DNA of 64,000 nt from Paramoeba atlantica (GCA_977017575.1 CDRNVI010000170.1:152120-216119), one strand, 5' to 3'; counted from the first letter of the stretch, positions 22,201 through 32,268 are shown. The notes: generated from the sequence alone by a model not told the origin. Numbers and translations: made by a program.

Positions 22201-23013
22201 CTCATATGCTTCTTTGAATTTATCAGGCAGATCTTTTTTATGTGCAGCAGACTTGTTTTGGGTGGCGATGTGAGTAAGCAATTGTATCACAGATGAGTCA
22301 CAATCGAGGTCAGGGTCGGGGTGTCTGGTGGATCGATCAGATTTGCCATTCTGATGATCGTGCAACTTCCATCTCTTCCGTTTAGGTTTTTGAAATAAAT
22401 CCTCATCCTCAATCATTTTCTCAAGCCATGGTCCAGCGAGTGCACAGAGATAATTGGCACCAGTCTTTGCATTAACTGATTTTGTGTGAGGTGGTTGTTT
22501 CTTGGGTACAGATTTTCGAAGACAGGGTTCAATCAAAGAGTGTTTCGAGAGTTGAAGAAGCTCAGTGTTTTCGACATCATGGTCATTAAGCTGATAAACC
22601 GTTCCAACTTCGAGATTTTTCTTCACTTGGACCTCAGTCTCAGAATGATTCATCACAAGAACATTCAGTGTGTTGCGTTTTTTACCTTGCTCAATTGTAA
22701 CCAAGCCAGGAAGGAATAACAAACTCTCTGATCCAATTGATGGAAAGAAGAATCCTTCAGGTGACAATGCACGGCCGTTCAGCGTTAGTGGAAGGAACAC
22801 TGATGATCTCGGAGGGATTGCCTTTGTCTCAGCCGAGAGTACTAAGGTCTTATCTCGCCTCTCTACATCGACGTAGAAATCTGGATCTGTGACCTGAGGA
22901 AGGGTGATGTTGAGCTGTGCCGAATTTGCCTGGATGCATCTCCGACCTTTCCACGTTAAATGACCATCACTGAGACCTAGGCGACATCGTTTCATGGCAC
23001 TGAAGCCAATCAA
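19261..23013 (-). CDS. Gypsy pol (RT, RNase H, integrase), probably inactive: YIND replaces YxDD
   Basis: RFCVDFRRLN, DSYPLP, MPFGLCNAPATQQ, YINDI, HVDASKLGLG, HHCC finger, TDNGSEF, NGRVE. Confidence 0.95.
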   Translation of the reverse strand: MIGFSAMKRCRLGLSDGHLTWKGRRCIQANSAQLNITLPQVTDPDFYVDVERRDKTLVLSAETKAIPPRSSVFLPLTLNGRALSPEGFFFPSIGSESLLFLPGLVTIEQGKKRNTLNVLVMNHSETEVQVKKNLEVGTVYQLNDHDVENTELLQLSKHSLIEPCLRKSVPKKQPPHTKSVNAKTGANYLCALAGPWLEKMIEDEDLFQKPKRKRWKLHDHQNGKSDRSTRHPDPDLDCDSSVIQLLTHIATQNKSAAHKKDLPDKFKEAYEKFGLDNAELNDRQKIQLAEMLVSFQDLWDDEKREGPITRTTATSHPIEAEGPPLRAKPRRTTPVEDCIIWKHIDKMVKRKVIRKSNSPWAAPILLADKKNGNVRFCVDFRRLNEKTKKDSYPLPRMDEILAALGSSSYFSSIDLSEAFWSIPIREGDIEKAAFTSKYGLWEFLSMPFGLCNAPATQQRFIETVLSGLVWQCCFAYINDILCYSSTFEQHLADLMKIFQRLRDNDLMLQPAKCSFCKPNFEILGFIATKDGLKPNPKKVEAIQNYPLPTTPKEVERFLGMVTWLKRFIPRSSSLTTHLRKAKVMDPKKFSLSQESIKEIHLLKELLTSETCMAHPDFSKEFFIHVDASKLGLGAILTQMDQDGRHRVIEYASRTLTETQQKYTNPLWEGLGILWALNNFKYYVRGRNPIVFCDCESLKSVFKTGQQKVPNHDMLRDWVARILEYHPKVIHKPGKLMAIPDALSRQYVGYHDKATSKDYVTRWFEELVDLGQSSSGKTHILSRQNNILEKIELISEPEIRDIPPIRSLPLPLSTAKESSENVEVDTDDIDWVLVELPYLAQAQRKDKFCSMIINYLINGLLPKRKRYLRALQRTAHKYWVDESGILRKVDETTAAGCLPPAILPQSLWNTVFDAYHSDLISGHRKFKRLYDAIAVSYYFPGMSAAIKGYYHRCLNCAINSKTKTLTSDLNPYMASYPGILLHLDCTKGPKVTARGNSFILAILDNFSGYIRLYAIPDPSAEASAEALLQYVCVNSMPLRIVTDNGSEFANQIFAELTQLLGMKQTFIAPYNSKSNGRVECSHKVTESIIRSFVDKYADDWNLLLPLVEFAFNTSRSSSTGYTPFYLHFGRHPIMPIDSLFGSVNKPVVLIDDYVKKLQTEREGVINWVQEEREKVAVKQKQRYDKANEGTYTVLKVGDQVLKRNKSKGKEIAKKYRPYYYQEIYVVVEDLKNGSYRIQELKREKNSEIQNV

Positions 23014-23534
23014 TGTTTGAACAGGAAGGTCATCAATAATGAAGAACCAGAGTCCTTGGGAAAACCTCTTTCCGACTTGACCACGGTGTGAATCTCTTCA
23101 TTAATCGCAACTTCGGTTGAGTTTCCCACTTTGACTTGAAGCTCGTCAGCTTGCCATCAGTTCAGGATCTCAAATCCAGGACACGAAAGTTGCTGACGAC
23201 TGATCGCATTGATACCAGATCCCGTGTCTATACAAGTAGTAGTTGCTAATCCACCCGCCTGAGACACAACTTCAAATGCACAACCAATATCCCGGCTTTC
23301 CGCATTGATTACTAAATTCGGAAGAACATTGATCACATGATCTGAAGGAAGGTTGGTATGGGATGATGGATCAGCCCGAACGTGAACATCAGAGTGTTTC
23401 AGAGGTTCTTGAACGTGAGTGTTGGACTGACTCAGAGGTTCTTTGAATTCAGTTGAGCAACTAGATGAAATCGAAGAATACAATACAATGGGCTCAGAGC
23501 AGTAGAAAAACCCAATGGGAAAACTGGTGCTCAA
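23014..23534 (-). pseudogene. Retropepsin protease region with in-frame TGA (23157-23159) and a frameshift near 23080
   Basis: CIDTGSGINAIS motif, then ...ILN*WQADELQVKVGNS, then a frame change into GLWFFIIDDLPVQTLIG. Confidence 0.75.
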
Positions 23535-23773
23535 AGTTAAAAAGAAAAGAAAAGTCGCTTGCTCAAAAAACCAATTGGTGGAAAAATAGCCGACTCAAAA
23601 AGAAGATAAACGATCGAAAGTAGAAGATCGGTTGTTGTGAGGAAACCTGGCCTCCAGGAAAAAACCTCACCAGAATGTTTGTTCGCAAAAACAAGGCACT
23701 GTTGTTGTTTCAATTCAAAGAACAAATGTTCAATCTCGGTATCGAAAGTGAGCGTGAGTTCCGAAAATCAAAA

Positions 23774-23785
23774 CCGGCGTCGCCA
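23774..23785 (-). other. Putative primer-binding site TGGCGACGCCGG
   Basis: Starts with TGG (complement of tRNA CCA) 1 bp inside the 5' LTR end; the primer tRNA is not among those in this window. Confidence 0.7.
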
Positions 23786-23786
23786 A

Positions 23787-24067
23787 TGAACACGTCTACT
23801 TTGGTACAGACTAAAGAAGGCGTGTCAGAAATATGTTGAATGGACAACTGAAGAGTGGTCCTCAGAAGTCTCACGAAAAAGCGAGAAACTTCCTGATGAC
23901 ATCATCAATGGTGTTCTTTATTTAGATTCACAGAAGGTCAACTTGGAGGAGACCAAGGGTCAACTTGAAGGAGATTGGGAATTGACTTGGAGAAGATCAA
24001 GAGTCGGATCAAACGAATAGAGCAGAGAGCCAAGTGTCTTCAGAGTAGCGCACATTGCTCGTGTGCA
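23787..24067 (-). repeat. 5' LTR
   Basis: Direct repeat of 18454-18734. Confidence 0.95.
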
Positions 24068-24594
24068 CCTACCAAAAAAAAATAAAAAAAAATTAATTTT
24101 GAAGTTCATAAACATCAAAAAACAATTTTTTATGAGCCATCAAAAGTGCACAACACATCACATCATAAAAAAAATTCCGGATTTTTTTTTTTTTGGATAT
24201 TGGCAAAATTGGGTGGGAATTTTGTTGTTTGAGAGTGTGTCAAGGGCTTTGTAGGAGAGAACAATTTTTTTTCAATTTTTTTTTCTTTTCTTATTGGAAT
24301 AAGGTTCTTATAACCCCCTTCTTGTGAGTTTAGTTTTCTCTTCTGTGACTCTGAGAATTTTTTTTTTGGAAGGTCATACCCAAGGTAGTACCAAAAAATC
24401 AATTTTTCTCTTTTGGATTGAGACATTTCACAGATGTTTGGGGGGGGGAAAATTGAGAAAAATATTGTGGTTGATGTGATAAAAAAAGATTTTTAACTTT
24501 CAGTAATCCTCCCTTGAAATCAATGATTCAAAAAGTCACCCGGGAAGGTCACCTCAACGGCAGCAAAAAGTGGATAAAAAAGAAGAAAAAAAAA

Positions 24595-24667
24595 TGGAGA
24601 TGCCGGGTTTCGATCCCGGTACCTTCCGCATGCTAAGCGGACGCGATACCAACTTCGCCACACCCCC
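24595..24667 (-). tRNA. tRNA-Ala(AGC)
   Basis: GGGGGTG/CATCTCC acceptor with G-T at pair 3, TT-AGC-AT loop, ATCGAAA T-loop typical of eukaryotic Ala tRNAs. Confidence 0.95.
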
Positions 24668-25415
24668 TTTTCTTGATAACCCTCCGAGAGTTCCTTTCTA
24701 AAGGAACAAGACTCATGGAGAAGACAAAAGGAGACAGAAACAAGAAAAAAGGAGAGAAAGACAGAAGGAAAAATCCAAAGAGGACTGCACATTTATTCCA
24801 TCCCGACCCACCCTACATGAGCCAAGTGCATTGACATAACAGACAAGCCAAAAGGGCTTGGAAGTGAAATGATCACCAGATCCAAGAAGAATCTGGAAAC
24901 TGAAAGGTTGAATGGTTCTACCCGAGACATGTATCCACACATCTGATGCTCATCGACGAATCCGTACTCCAAAGTGGAGAGTCCAAACGCATAGTCCAAT
25001 GCCAAAGTCCAAGGTGCAAGACCAAGGAGCAAAAGGAAAGAACAAAGGAGAGCAAGCAGCAAGGGTGGGGTGGACGGGATGAACACAAGAAAACAATGTT
25101 CACGAGAACGAAGGAACAAAAAGAAAAGTGAAAAAGAAAGAAGAAAGAAGCGAGAGCGGTGACACTGGTCGAGATTCCAATCTCAGAGACCAACAGGGTC
25201 TGACGTCAGCCACCTTACCAGAAAAAAGGAGACCCCAGGTGAGGGAAAAGTCACCCTCTACAGGTTACCCCGCTTTCCTAATTGGAAAGCGGCCATAACC
25301 CTCCGAGAGTTCCTTTCTAAAGGAACAAGACTCATGGAGAAGACAAAAGGAGACAGAAACAAGAAAAAAGGAGAGAAAGACAGAAGGAAAAATCCAAAGA
25401 GGACTGCACAAATAG

Positions 25416-28247
25416 TTATGGTTGGGTCATGGTCCCTGGTGAGACCATCAAGGAGAAAAGTTCTGTTTTCGACGCCATAATGCCAGCAATGTATCTCCTG
25501 ATAGTGTCCGAGCGCCAGTCTCCACACGTACGGATGACCAATTCAGGGGCTCCGCCCAGAGCTGCACTGATTGCACCGCCAACCCTTCCACTTTTTCCCG
25601 TGAATCTGGAGCCCATGGAAGGATCCACCGCTGCTGCAATGAAGTTGAAAATGGTGCCCATTATGCCAGGGGGAAGAGGAAGCTCTTTCGCATCTGCAAA
25701 CAGTGGGCTTGCATCTGTACCATTTTCGTATCGAGCAATACACAGTAAGTACACAGCGCATGGAAGGCAAAAGGTTCTAATGGAATCCGAAGAGCAAGAC
25801 AAAAGATGCCATGGATTCTGCTTTAAGATCTTATCAGACTTCCTTGCTCTGAGACGTACCCAAACACCACTCTGAGCGAGGTGAACGTCCGAGAGGAGGA
25901 TCTTACCAATTTCACCAGGGCGCAACATTAGACGACAAGCCAACGCAGCGATGACCGCATAGAACTTGGTCGAAGAGGAACCGGTTTCCCATGCAAGGAT
26001 TGCCAAAGACATGGGAAATGGCTGAACATCAGGGAGTTTTCTTGGCACCTTCCTGGCTGCAATGACGACTGACTGATCCACAACTGGTGGGGTAAGGCCG
26101 AGATCTTTGTGAATTCTTCTTACCGCAGAAATGACACTGAGAGCTGCTGCCCCCAGACCATGAGCTAGTTTGGACCGAACATATTCTGACAACACTGCAT
26201 TTGTCGCAGGGAAAGCGCAATAGTCTCTTTCACATGCCCAGGAGTTGAAGGCCGCACATATCGTGAGGTAGCTGGCTCTGGTGGAGGGCTCAAGCGGGTC
26301 ACAAAGAGGTTCGGGCAAAACCAAACTGCTATCCATTTTGTCAATGAAATCTGTGACAGTTCTGTTGAACAACCGACCGGTTGATGCATTGTTCCTGACG
26401 TCCAATCCAAAGTGAGCAGCCAAGCGCTTCCACGTAACAGGGGTTGTAACCACGGACATTTCCACAACGGCACAACGACCAGGGCATGTGTTTGAGATTC
26501 GAAGAGAGTTGCTAATGCTGGTGCAATTATACTCAGAGGGGGACACATCCACGCTTTCTGTGGCCAAGTTTTTGCAAATGCATTGACGCCTGCACTGTTT
26601 GGACAAAGGGTCATTGAGAAGAAGCAAGGAACAACCGCTGACAGATTGCAGGCGAACAGATCCATGTCTAGGGGGGGAACAATGCTCAGCAGAAGTGACC
26701 AAACCCAAGGTAACGTCATCCAAGATCCCCGATCATTGAGACAAGAAGGAGCGTCGGCTGGATTTATTGCTGACGGGATGTAACAAGGATTCCACAAATG
26801 CAGATCGTTCCGTAGGAGAAGAAGAACGGCCTTTCTTGCTATTGAGTCCAGAAAATCGTTCCTGCTTCCCCCCTTCTTTAGAGCATAAAGAGCCACCACA
26901 TTGTCTATGAGAGGTTGGATTGTGTTGCCCCTCCGAATCACCTTCAGGTTGAGGGAAGTCTGTATTGCCTCCATGAAAGCCAAGAGTTCCAGTGCTGCAA
27001 TGGAGAACATTGCTGTCTCGTCGCTGAACCGGCTTGCCACTGAGATTGTACCTTCCTCTGCATCTATCACAAATCCCCATCCCGTCCAACATTCTGACTT
27101 GGAAGCATCTGAGACAACGATCTTGGTTTGTAGAGGGCGGGAGAATGGCCTCCCATTGTTCTCGTAAATCTGAGTCCAGAGAAAGGTCAGGATTGCGATT
27201 GTCATTGGTGGAACCACCACGTAAGAATCCCACATCCATGTAGGTCTCAGAATCCTCAAGGGTTTTCGTGCTGGGCTGGCAATCTTGACAATGTCCAACA
27301 CTGGTGCCAGAGAAGTTAGCGTCCCCATCACTTTGGCAAGTTGCCAGGCTGTGACATTCCCTAAGAGCAAGAGAGCAATTGTGTTTTCGATGACTGCGAG
27401 TGCCTTTGCCTTTCTTGCTTCTGTTATGAACAGCATGGAGATCGTCGAGTCTATTCTGAGGCCCATGTACACCAGATTCTGAGTTGGAGTCAATTTGCAC
27501 TTGTGAAAGGCAATCTTGAAACCCAGATTCTCGAAGAAGGGGAGAATGAAACCGCGAACCATATGGTCCAGAAAGAGAGGAGAAGAAGCTGTCATTAGAA
27601 AGTCGTCGACCCACACCAGAATGGACACTCCTGGGCACAGGACTCGAAGGATCTTTGCAAGTTCCAGAGAGGTTTTGGCTGCAACAAAAGCTGAGATCTT
27701 GAATCTGAACATTGTGGCTAGGAACAGGAAGAATTTCTCGTTCAGCTGAAAGCCCATCCACTGTTGGCTGTCTTGGTGGAGCATGAAGTGGAGATAAAAA
27801 TCGCTCAGATCGATGGTCACCATGTAAGCATCCTTGGGAATCACCATGGAGAAGAATGGGATCACTTTGAGCCTCAACTTCTGATACAGGGAATAAAGTT
27901 TGTCCACTCGTGTACCCACAACAACCAGTCTCAGAGTCTTGCACGGGCACGAACCACTCTTGGGTGCAGTCTTGAGAGCGTTTACAGCGAAGGGGGGAGA
28001 GCTGACCTCCTTCACCACAGAAAGACGACGAAGTCTCTGAATTTTGTTTGTGACAAAAGCAGTGTGTTCCACCGGAAACTTGTTCTGAGCATGAAAAGGC
28101 TGAGCACTGGCATTTATCGGGATGCGTACCCCTGTGTTGACCCACTCCAGGACATCTGAAGGTAGAGGTAACGTGTTCCAAACACTTCGACGACTGTGCA
28201 ATCGTGCTGGAAGGTTGGTTCGGCTTGGGAGGGGATGAAGCGAGCAA
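25416..28247 (-). CDS. Tyrosine recombinase frame overlapping RT; one in-frame TGA at 26733-26735
   Basis: LMLRPGEI, GKSGRVGGA, GDWRSDTIRRY; track ORFs 26733-28247 and 25416-26723 share one frame. Confidence 0.9.
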
Positions 28248-28288
28248 AAGGGGGCTCTTGGCAGCGTCATAACCCTCAACCAGGCCAA
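26165..28288 (-). CDS. DIRS RT-RNase H-methyltransferase ORF
   Basis: TIDLSDFY, WVDDFLM, VSDASKS, DNVVALYAL, NPADAPS, DLFA...NAFAKTW...WMCPP. Confidence 0.93.
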   Translation of the reverse strand: MAWLRVMTLPRAPFCSLHPLPSRTNLPARLHSRRSVWNTLPLPSDVLEWVNTGVRIPINASAQPFHAQNKFPVEHTAFVTNKIQRLRRLSVVKEVSSPPFAVNALKTAPKSGSCPCKTLRLVVVGTRVDKLYSLYQKLRLKVIPFFSMVIPKDAYMVTIDLSDFYLHFMLHQDSQQWMGFQLNEKFFLFLATMFRFKISAFVAAKTSLELAKILRVLCPGVSILVWVDDFLMTASSPLFLDHMVRGFILPFFENLGFKIAFHKCKLTPTQNLVYMGLRIDSTISMLFITEARKAKALAVIENTIALLLLGNVTAWQLAKVMGTLTSLAPVLDIVKIASPARKPLRILRPTWMWDSYVVVPPMTIAILTFLWTQIYENNGRPFSRPLQTKIVVSDASKSECWTGWGFVIDAEEGTISVASRFSDETAMFSIAALELLAFMEAIQTSLNLKVIRRGNTIQPLIDNVVALYALKKGGSRNDFLDSIARKAVLLLLRNDLHLWNPCYIPSAINPADAPSCLNDRGSWMTLPWVWSLLLSIVPPLDMDLFACNLSAVVPCFFSMTLCPNSAGVNAFAKTWPQKAWMCPPLSIIAPALATLFESQTHALVVVPLWKCPWLQPLLRGSAWLLTLDWTSGTMHQPVGCSTELSQISLTKWIAVWFCPNLFVTRLSPPPEPATSRYVRPSTPGHVKETIALSLRQMQCCQNMFGPN

Positions 28289-28389
28289 AGGGTCAGGAAT
28301 GATCCTCAGAAGAGGAAGAACTAGAGGAGGAAGCCCTGTTGCGTGACTTCCTGCGCTTCCTACGACTCTTCTTTTTCACCACAGTTGTA

Positions 28390-29400
28390 TCAGATGACCG
28401 GGGGGGGAGTCGGCACAGGCGACGCCACGACTGGAGGCATTTGATACGGACCAGGGAACTGAGGGGGGAAAGGTGGCCAGAAACCCATGGGGAAAGAAGG
28501 AACTGCTGGACCAGGAACTTGGTTCAAAGAACCATTGATCTGGTTCAAAGCTTGCTCAGCCGACTTTGGGACAACCAGAGCAGGCGCCGCCGCAGCCTTG
28601 GCCTTATTAGGGCAACTTCTAGAAGAGTGACCACTTTCGCCGCAGGAGAAACAACCTTTTTTGTTTGGTCTGGCAGTAGTGATACCGCGCGCAGGAAGGG
28701 CAAGGTCCCACCCTCTCAAATCAGCGTCACAAAGTAAGTCCGCACAAACCCGAATAAACTGGCTCAGGAACTTAGCATAGTGACCAGGATTTCCACCTGA
28801 CGCGGCTTCCTCGAGGACCTTCTCCACGAGAGCATCACAAGTACGGAGGACAGACAATTCATTGACATTTCTTGCTGCCTTCTTCGATGTGGCCCACGTC
28901 TCCCAACGATTGAGAGGCTCAAACTGAGGCCAGGTGAAAGGGTTGTCCAAAATATACGACCGCGCGGGGTCATGTTTAAGTGTAGAACGACCACAAGTCG
29001 GTTTGATGAAACCAGGAGGAGGAATTTGCAAGGACAAGCCAGGAATTTCGTTCGACCCAGCTGGCGTACACAACTGTGGCGAAGGGGAGGGGGAAGGAGC
29101 GGGAGCACTCAATGTATTCTGACCAAAGTTGGGAGAAGACGAGGGAGGGTCCAGAGGAGACCACGTCGAGCATGTAGAAGATGAGGAGGAGGAGATACCA
29201 GAACCTGGAGACAGGTTGCTTGAGGGTGGGGTTGACAACAAAGACAAGTTGAGACCGCTTGGATCCCTGTCCACAACAGTTTGGAGCAAACTAGTGAGAG
29301 CATCAAACCGCTTTTCCAAGGAAGCAAGACGATCAGCGGGTTGTGTGGCATCGCCCATCGCGACCTCGTATTCGGTATCAGAATCGTGAGTGTCTGACAT
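28390..29400 (-). CDS. DIRS gag with CCHC zinc knuckle
   Basis: CFSCGESGHSSRSC; likely ATG start at 29400 (MSDTHDSD). Confidence 0.88.
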   Translation of the reverse strand: MSDTHDSDTEYEVAMGDATQPADRLASLEKRFDALTSLLQTVVDRDPSGLNLSLLSTPPSSNLSPGSGISSSSSSTCSTWSPLDPPSSSPNFGQNTLSAPAPSPSPSPQLCTPAGSNEIPGLSLQIPPPGFIKPTCGRSTLKHDPARSYILDNPFTWPQFEPLNRWETWATSKKAARNVNELSVLRTCDALVEKVLEEAASGGNPGHYAKFLSQFIRVCADLLCDADLRGWDLALPARGITTARPNKKGCFSCGESGHSSRSCPNKAKAAAAPALVVPKSAEQALNQINGSLNQVPGPAVPSFPMGFWPPFPPQFPGPYQMPPVVASPVPTPPPVI

Positions 29401-30158
29401 CGTAGTACACAATACGGCCAAACAGAAAAACAAAGGGTAAAAAAGGCACTAGGCAACAAAAAACCCAATAAACAGAACACAAAAAACCAATAGCATCAGG
29501 CTCACGAACGGAACACAAGAAAACAACGTTCACGAGAACGAAGGAACAAAAAGAAAAGTGAAAAAGAAAGAAGAAAGAAGTGAGAGCGGTGACACTGGTC
29601 GAGATTCCAATCTCAGAGACCAACAGGGTCTGACGTCAGCCACCTTACCAGAAAAAAGGAGACCCCGGGTGAGGGAAAAGTCACCCTCTACAGGTTACCC
29701 CGCTTTCCTAATTGGAAAGCGGCCAAAAGTTGAAGCAAAGATTGAATGTCTTTCATTTTCAGATCCCCTTGACCAGAAAAGAGGTTTTCCATTTTGAGGC
29801 TGTGAAGAGAGCCTCCAGCAAGAAATGAGAAGAATGTCCATCAAGAAGAAGGATGACTGGTTTATCTTTTTGTCTGGCAATTTTGTTTTTCCAAGCAATG
29901 AAGAGGAGCATATTAATCTTCCCAACTTTCTAGCAGTTCAGCCATGTTAACACGGAGGTCATGAACAATGACCAAAGTGTCAAAGCATGGATAAGTCATA
30001 AAGGTGTTTTTATTGGTTGTTTCACCAAAAGAGTTTGTTTGCCGAAGTCGGCTTGATGAAAAGTTGCTAGAATTATCAACCAATAAAAACATGTCACATC
30101 AACCAAATCACTTTCATCCAACAATTTGCCATCGATAGGGAGAGGTGGGAGGGTCACA

Positions 30159-30236
30159 AACTTATCCATGCTTTGACACTTCGGTCATTGTTCATGACCT
30201 CTGTGTTAACAAAGCATGGTAAGTCATAAAGGTGTT
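30159..30236. repeat. Internal complementary region (ICR)
   Basis: 30159-30209 is the reverse complement of 29946-29996; 30211-30236 is the reverse complement of 34843-34868. Confidence 0.9.
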
Positions 30237-30342
30237 CAATTCATAAAATTCGGACCCACTCCAAAATCAGAAAAAGCAAAACCATAGATCTCCCTCGATT
30301 GGATCCCATACAAGGAACTCAAGGTTCAATTCAAGTCGCAGA

Positions 30343-32268
30343 TCACTCATCCTCATGGTCATACAGAAAGTCCTCTTCATCAAGATCTTGATCATCATCC
30401 TCAGGGATCGCATTGGCAAAAATTTGAACCATCAGGTCTGGACCAAAATCAGTGCGATTATAAAATTTCTCCACTAAATTCCTCAATTTGTGTCCAGTTC
30501 TTTCCATAACAACAGCCATGGGAATGCCAATCATTCTCCAGTAAGTAATAGTTGCATGTCTGATGGTTGCAGGCCCAAACTTGGAGTCAATCCCAGCATT
30601 CTTCATCAGTTTCTAGGTGTCTCCAGCCAACATGGTCGGCTTTATCGTCCGGTTGCCTCGATGATGCAGCCACAGGGTCTCACAATCCAAAAGGTTATAA
30701 GCAGCCATATTGAGGTTCACATAAGCCTTCAGGGCAGAAAATGCACAGATAGGACGATCTTTTTCAAGGGGTAATTTCTCAATCACATAATATTTGGAAA
30801 AACATCTCCTTTCTGTGTGCTGTGTCTTCCAGTGGAAAAACCGGAACCTCACTGTAGTCTCTGTCCATACCATGGACAGCCTGTGAATGTGTGCAACATC
30901 ACTCGTACGTCCAGCAATAGAAGTTCTTACCAAAGTAACCGCTCTTGCACGATGACTAATAAAATGTCCTTCTTCTGGAAGGTGTTTCCTCAAGTAATCA
31001 AACAGGATTTCCAAATTCCACATCTCTGAATATTTAGGCTCAATTGGACATTCTCTCCTAATGGCTTGGGAGAGGCGCTTCATCAAAGGGAATTCAACAA
31101 TGTCAATACCAGCATTCAGACGGAGGCGTGAGGCAATTGCAGTTTGATGGTTCACAAAGGACGACTGGTTTTGAGCCAAAAACTCCACAATATGGATGAT
31201 GCTAAATCTCCACAACTCCTTGGAACTCAGCCACCTCCGAAAAGCTTCAATATTGGTGTCTCTGCGGGAAGAGGTGTCTTCTCCCACAGCTTTTCTGAGT
31301 AATGTAGTGGTGCCCACAGTCATTCCCCAATGCTGCTGCTTCACAGCTGGATCAATGAGATCATCCAACGAAAAGATTGGTCTGAGGTCTCTTGGGGGAA
31401 TTGAATGGCCTTCTGATGAATAGAGAGGGAAGTAACTTTGATCTTGTTGATTCTGTGGAACCAAGTTGCTGAAGGGACGTATGAGTGGACCAGGAGGAGT
31501 GTCACATTCTCTGCTTTGGCCTTGGAGAGAGTTTGATGAATGAGATGAGATGGGGGAAAAGTGTAAATTGTCTCATTGGACCATGGGATTGAGAAGGCAT
31601 CTGTTGCTACTGCTAATGGATCGGTCCTCCGAGAACAAAATCTCTCCATTTTCGTTGAAAAACGTGTTGCAAAAGTGTCCAGGGTTGGGAATGTCTGAAG
31701 ATTGAAGCATAGGTTCTCGAACGATTCTTGCAGAAGAAAATAATCCTCTTTGTCCGACAGCCAAGAGAGATGATCTGAGGACTTGATCTCCTCCTGAGAC
31801 AACAGGATGGGAAGTTGTAGAATGTTGTGTTTCTCCATAAATTTCCATGTTGCTGCTGCCATCCTCGAAAGAGTTGGTTCCTTGCCATAAATTTTGGAAA
31901 TGTAAGCTTTCACTGTTGAAGAGTCTGTTCCATAAATCGAAACTTCGTCCATGAGGTCCTCGGAGTAATCCAAGACTTGTCGTCTCCATGTTTCCAGCTC
32001 CCTCCAATTGGTGCTCTTCAGCTGTTCTTGGGGAGTCCACAGACCAGCCTGGTCTCCGAATCCCTGGAAGCCATAACCCATTGAGCCTGCATCTCCCATT
32101 GTCTGAATCATGTGGTGCAGCTCCGTTCTGAGAGGCATAGACAGAAGAAAGGAACAGGATCTCCAGTGTCTGATCTCCACTCTCGCTTCTTCTGGCACTG
32201 GGGCTCGACAAATCCAGCCTCCCTTCTTGATGAGATTGTTCTTGTGAATCTCCAGCTCCATGATCCAA
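30343..32268 (-). pseudogene. Tyrosine recombinase frame with in-frame TGA (31573) and TAG (30613)
   Basis: SIAGRTSDV, GPATIRHATITYW, MERTGHK...EKFY; three track ORFs in one frame. Confidence 0.88.

Larger units (their letters stand above)
18454..24067 (-). mobile_element. Ty3/gypsy chromovirus-type LTR retrotransposon, 5614 bp, CCTA 4-bp TSD, no recognisable gag
   Basis: 281-bp LTRs 18454-18734 and 23787-24067 (TG...CA, 3 mismatches); ccta at 18450-18453 and 24068-24071; PBS, PPT, PR-RT-RH-IN-chromodomain order. Confidence 0.95.
24676..29725 (-). mobile_element. PAT-type (DIRS order) tyrosine-recombinase retrotransposon, 5050 bp, split direct repeats A1-ORFs-B1A2-spacer-B2
   Basis: A: 29511-29725 and 25081-25295. 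B: 25295-25410 and 24676-24791. Encodes gag, RT/RH/MT and YR; no TSD. Confidence 0.93.

Noticed and set aside
26165-26700. Methyltransferase domain in the retrotransposons as a novelty or as the cause of CpG loss
   Set aside because: A DAM-like MT domain is an established feature of DIRS1 and PAT elements and resembles adenine, not cytosine, methylases.
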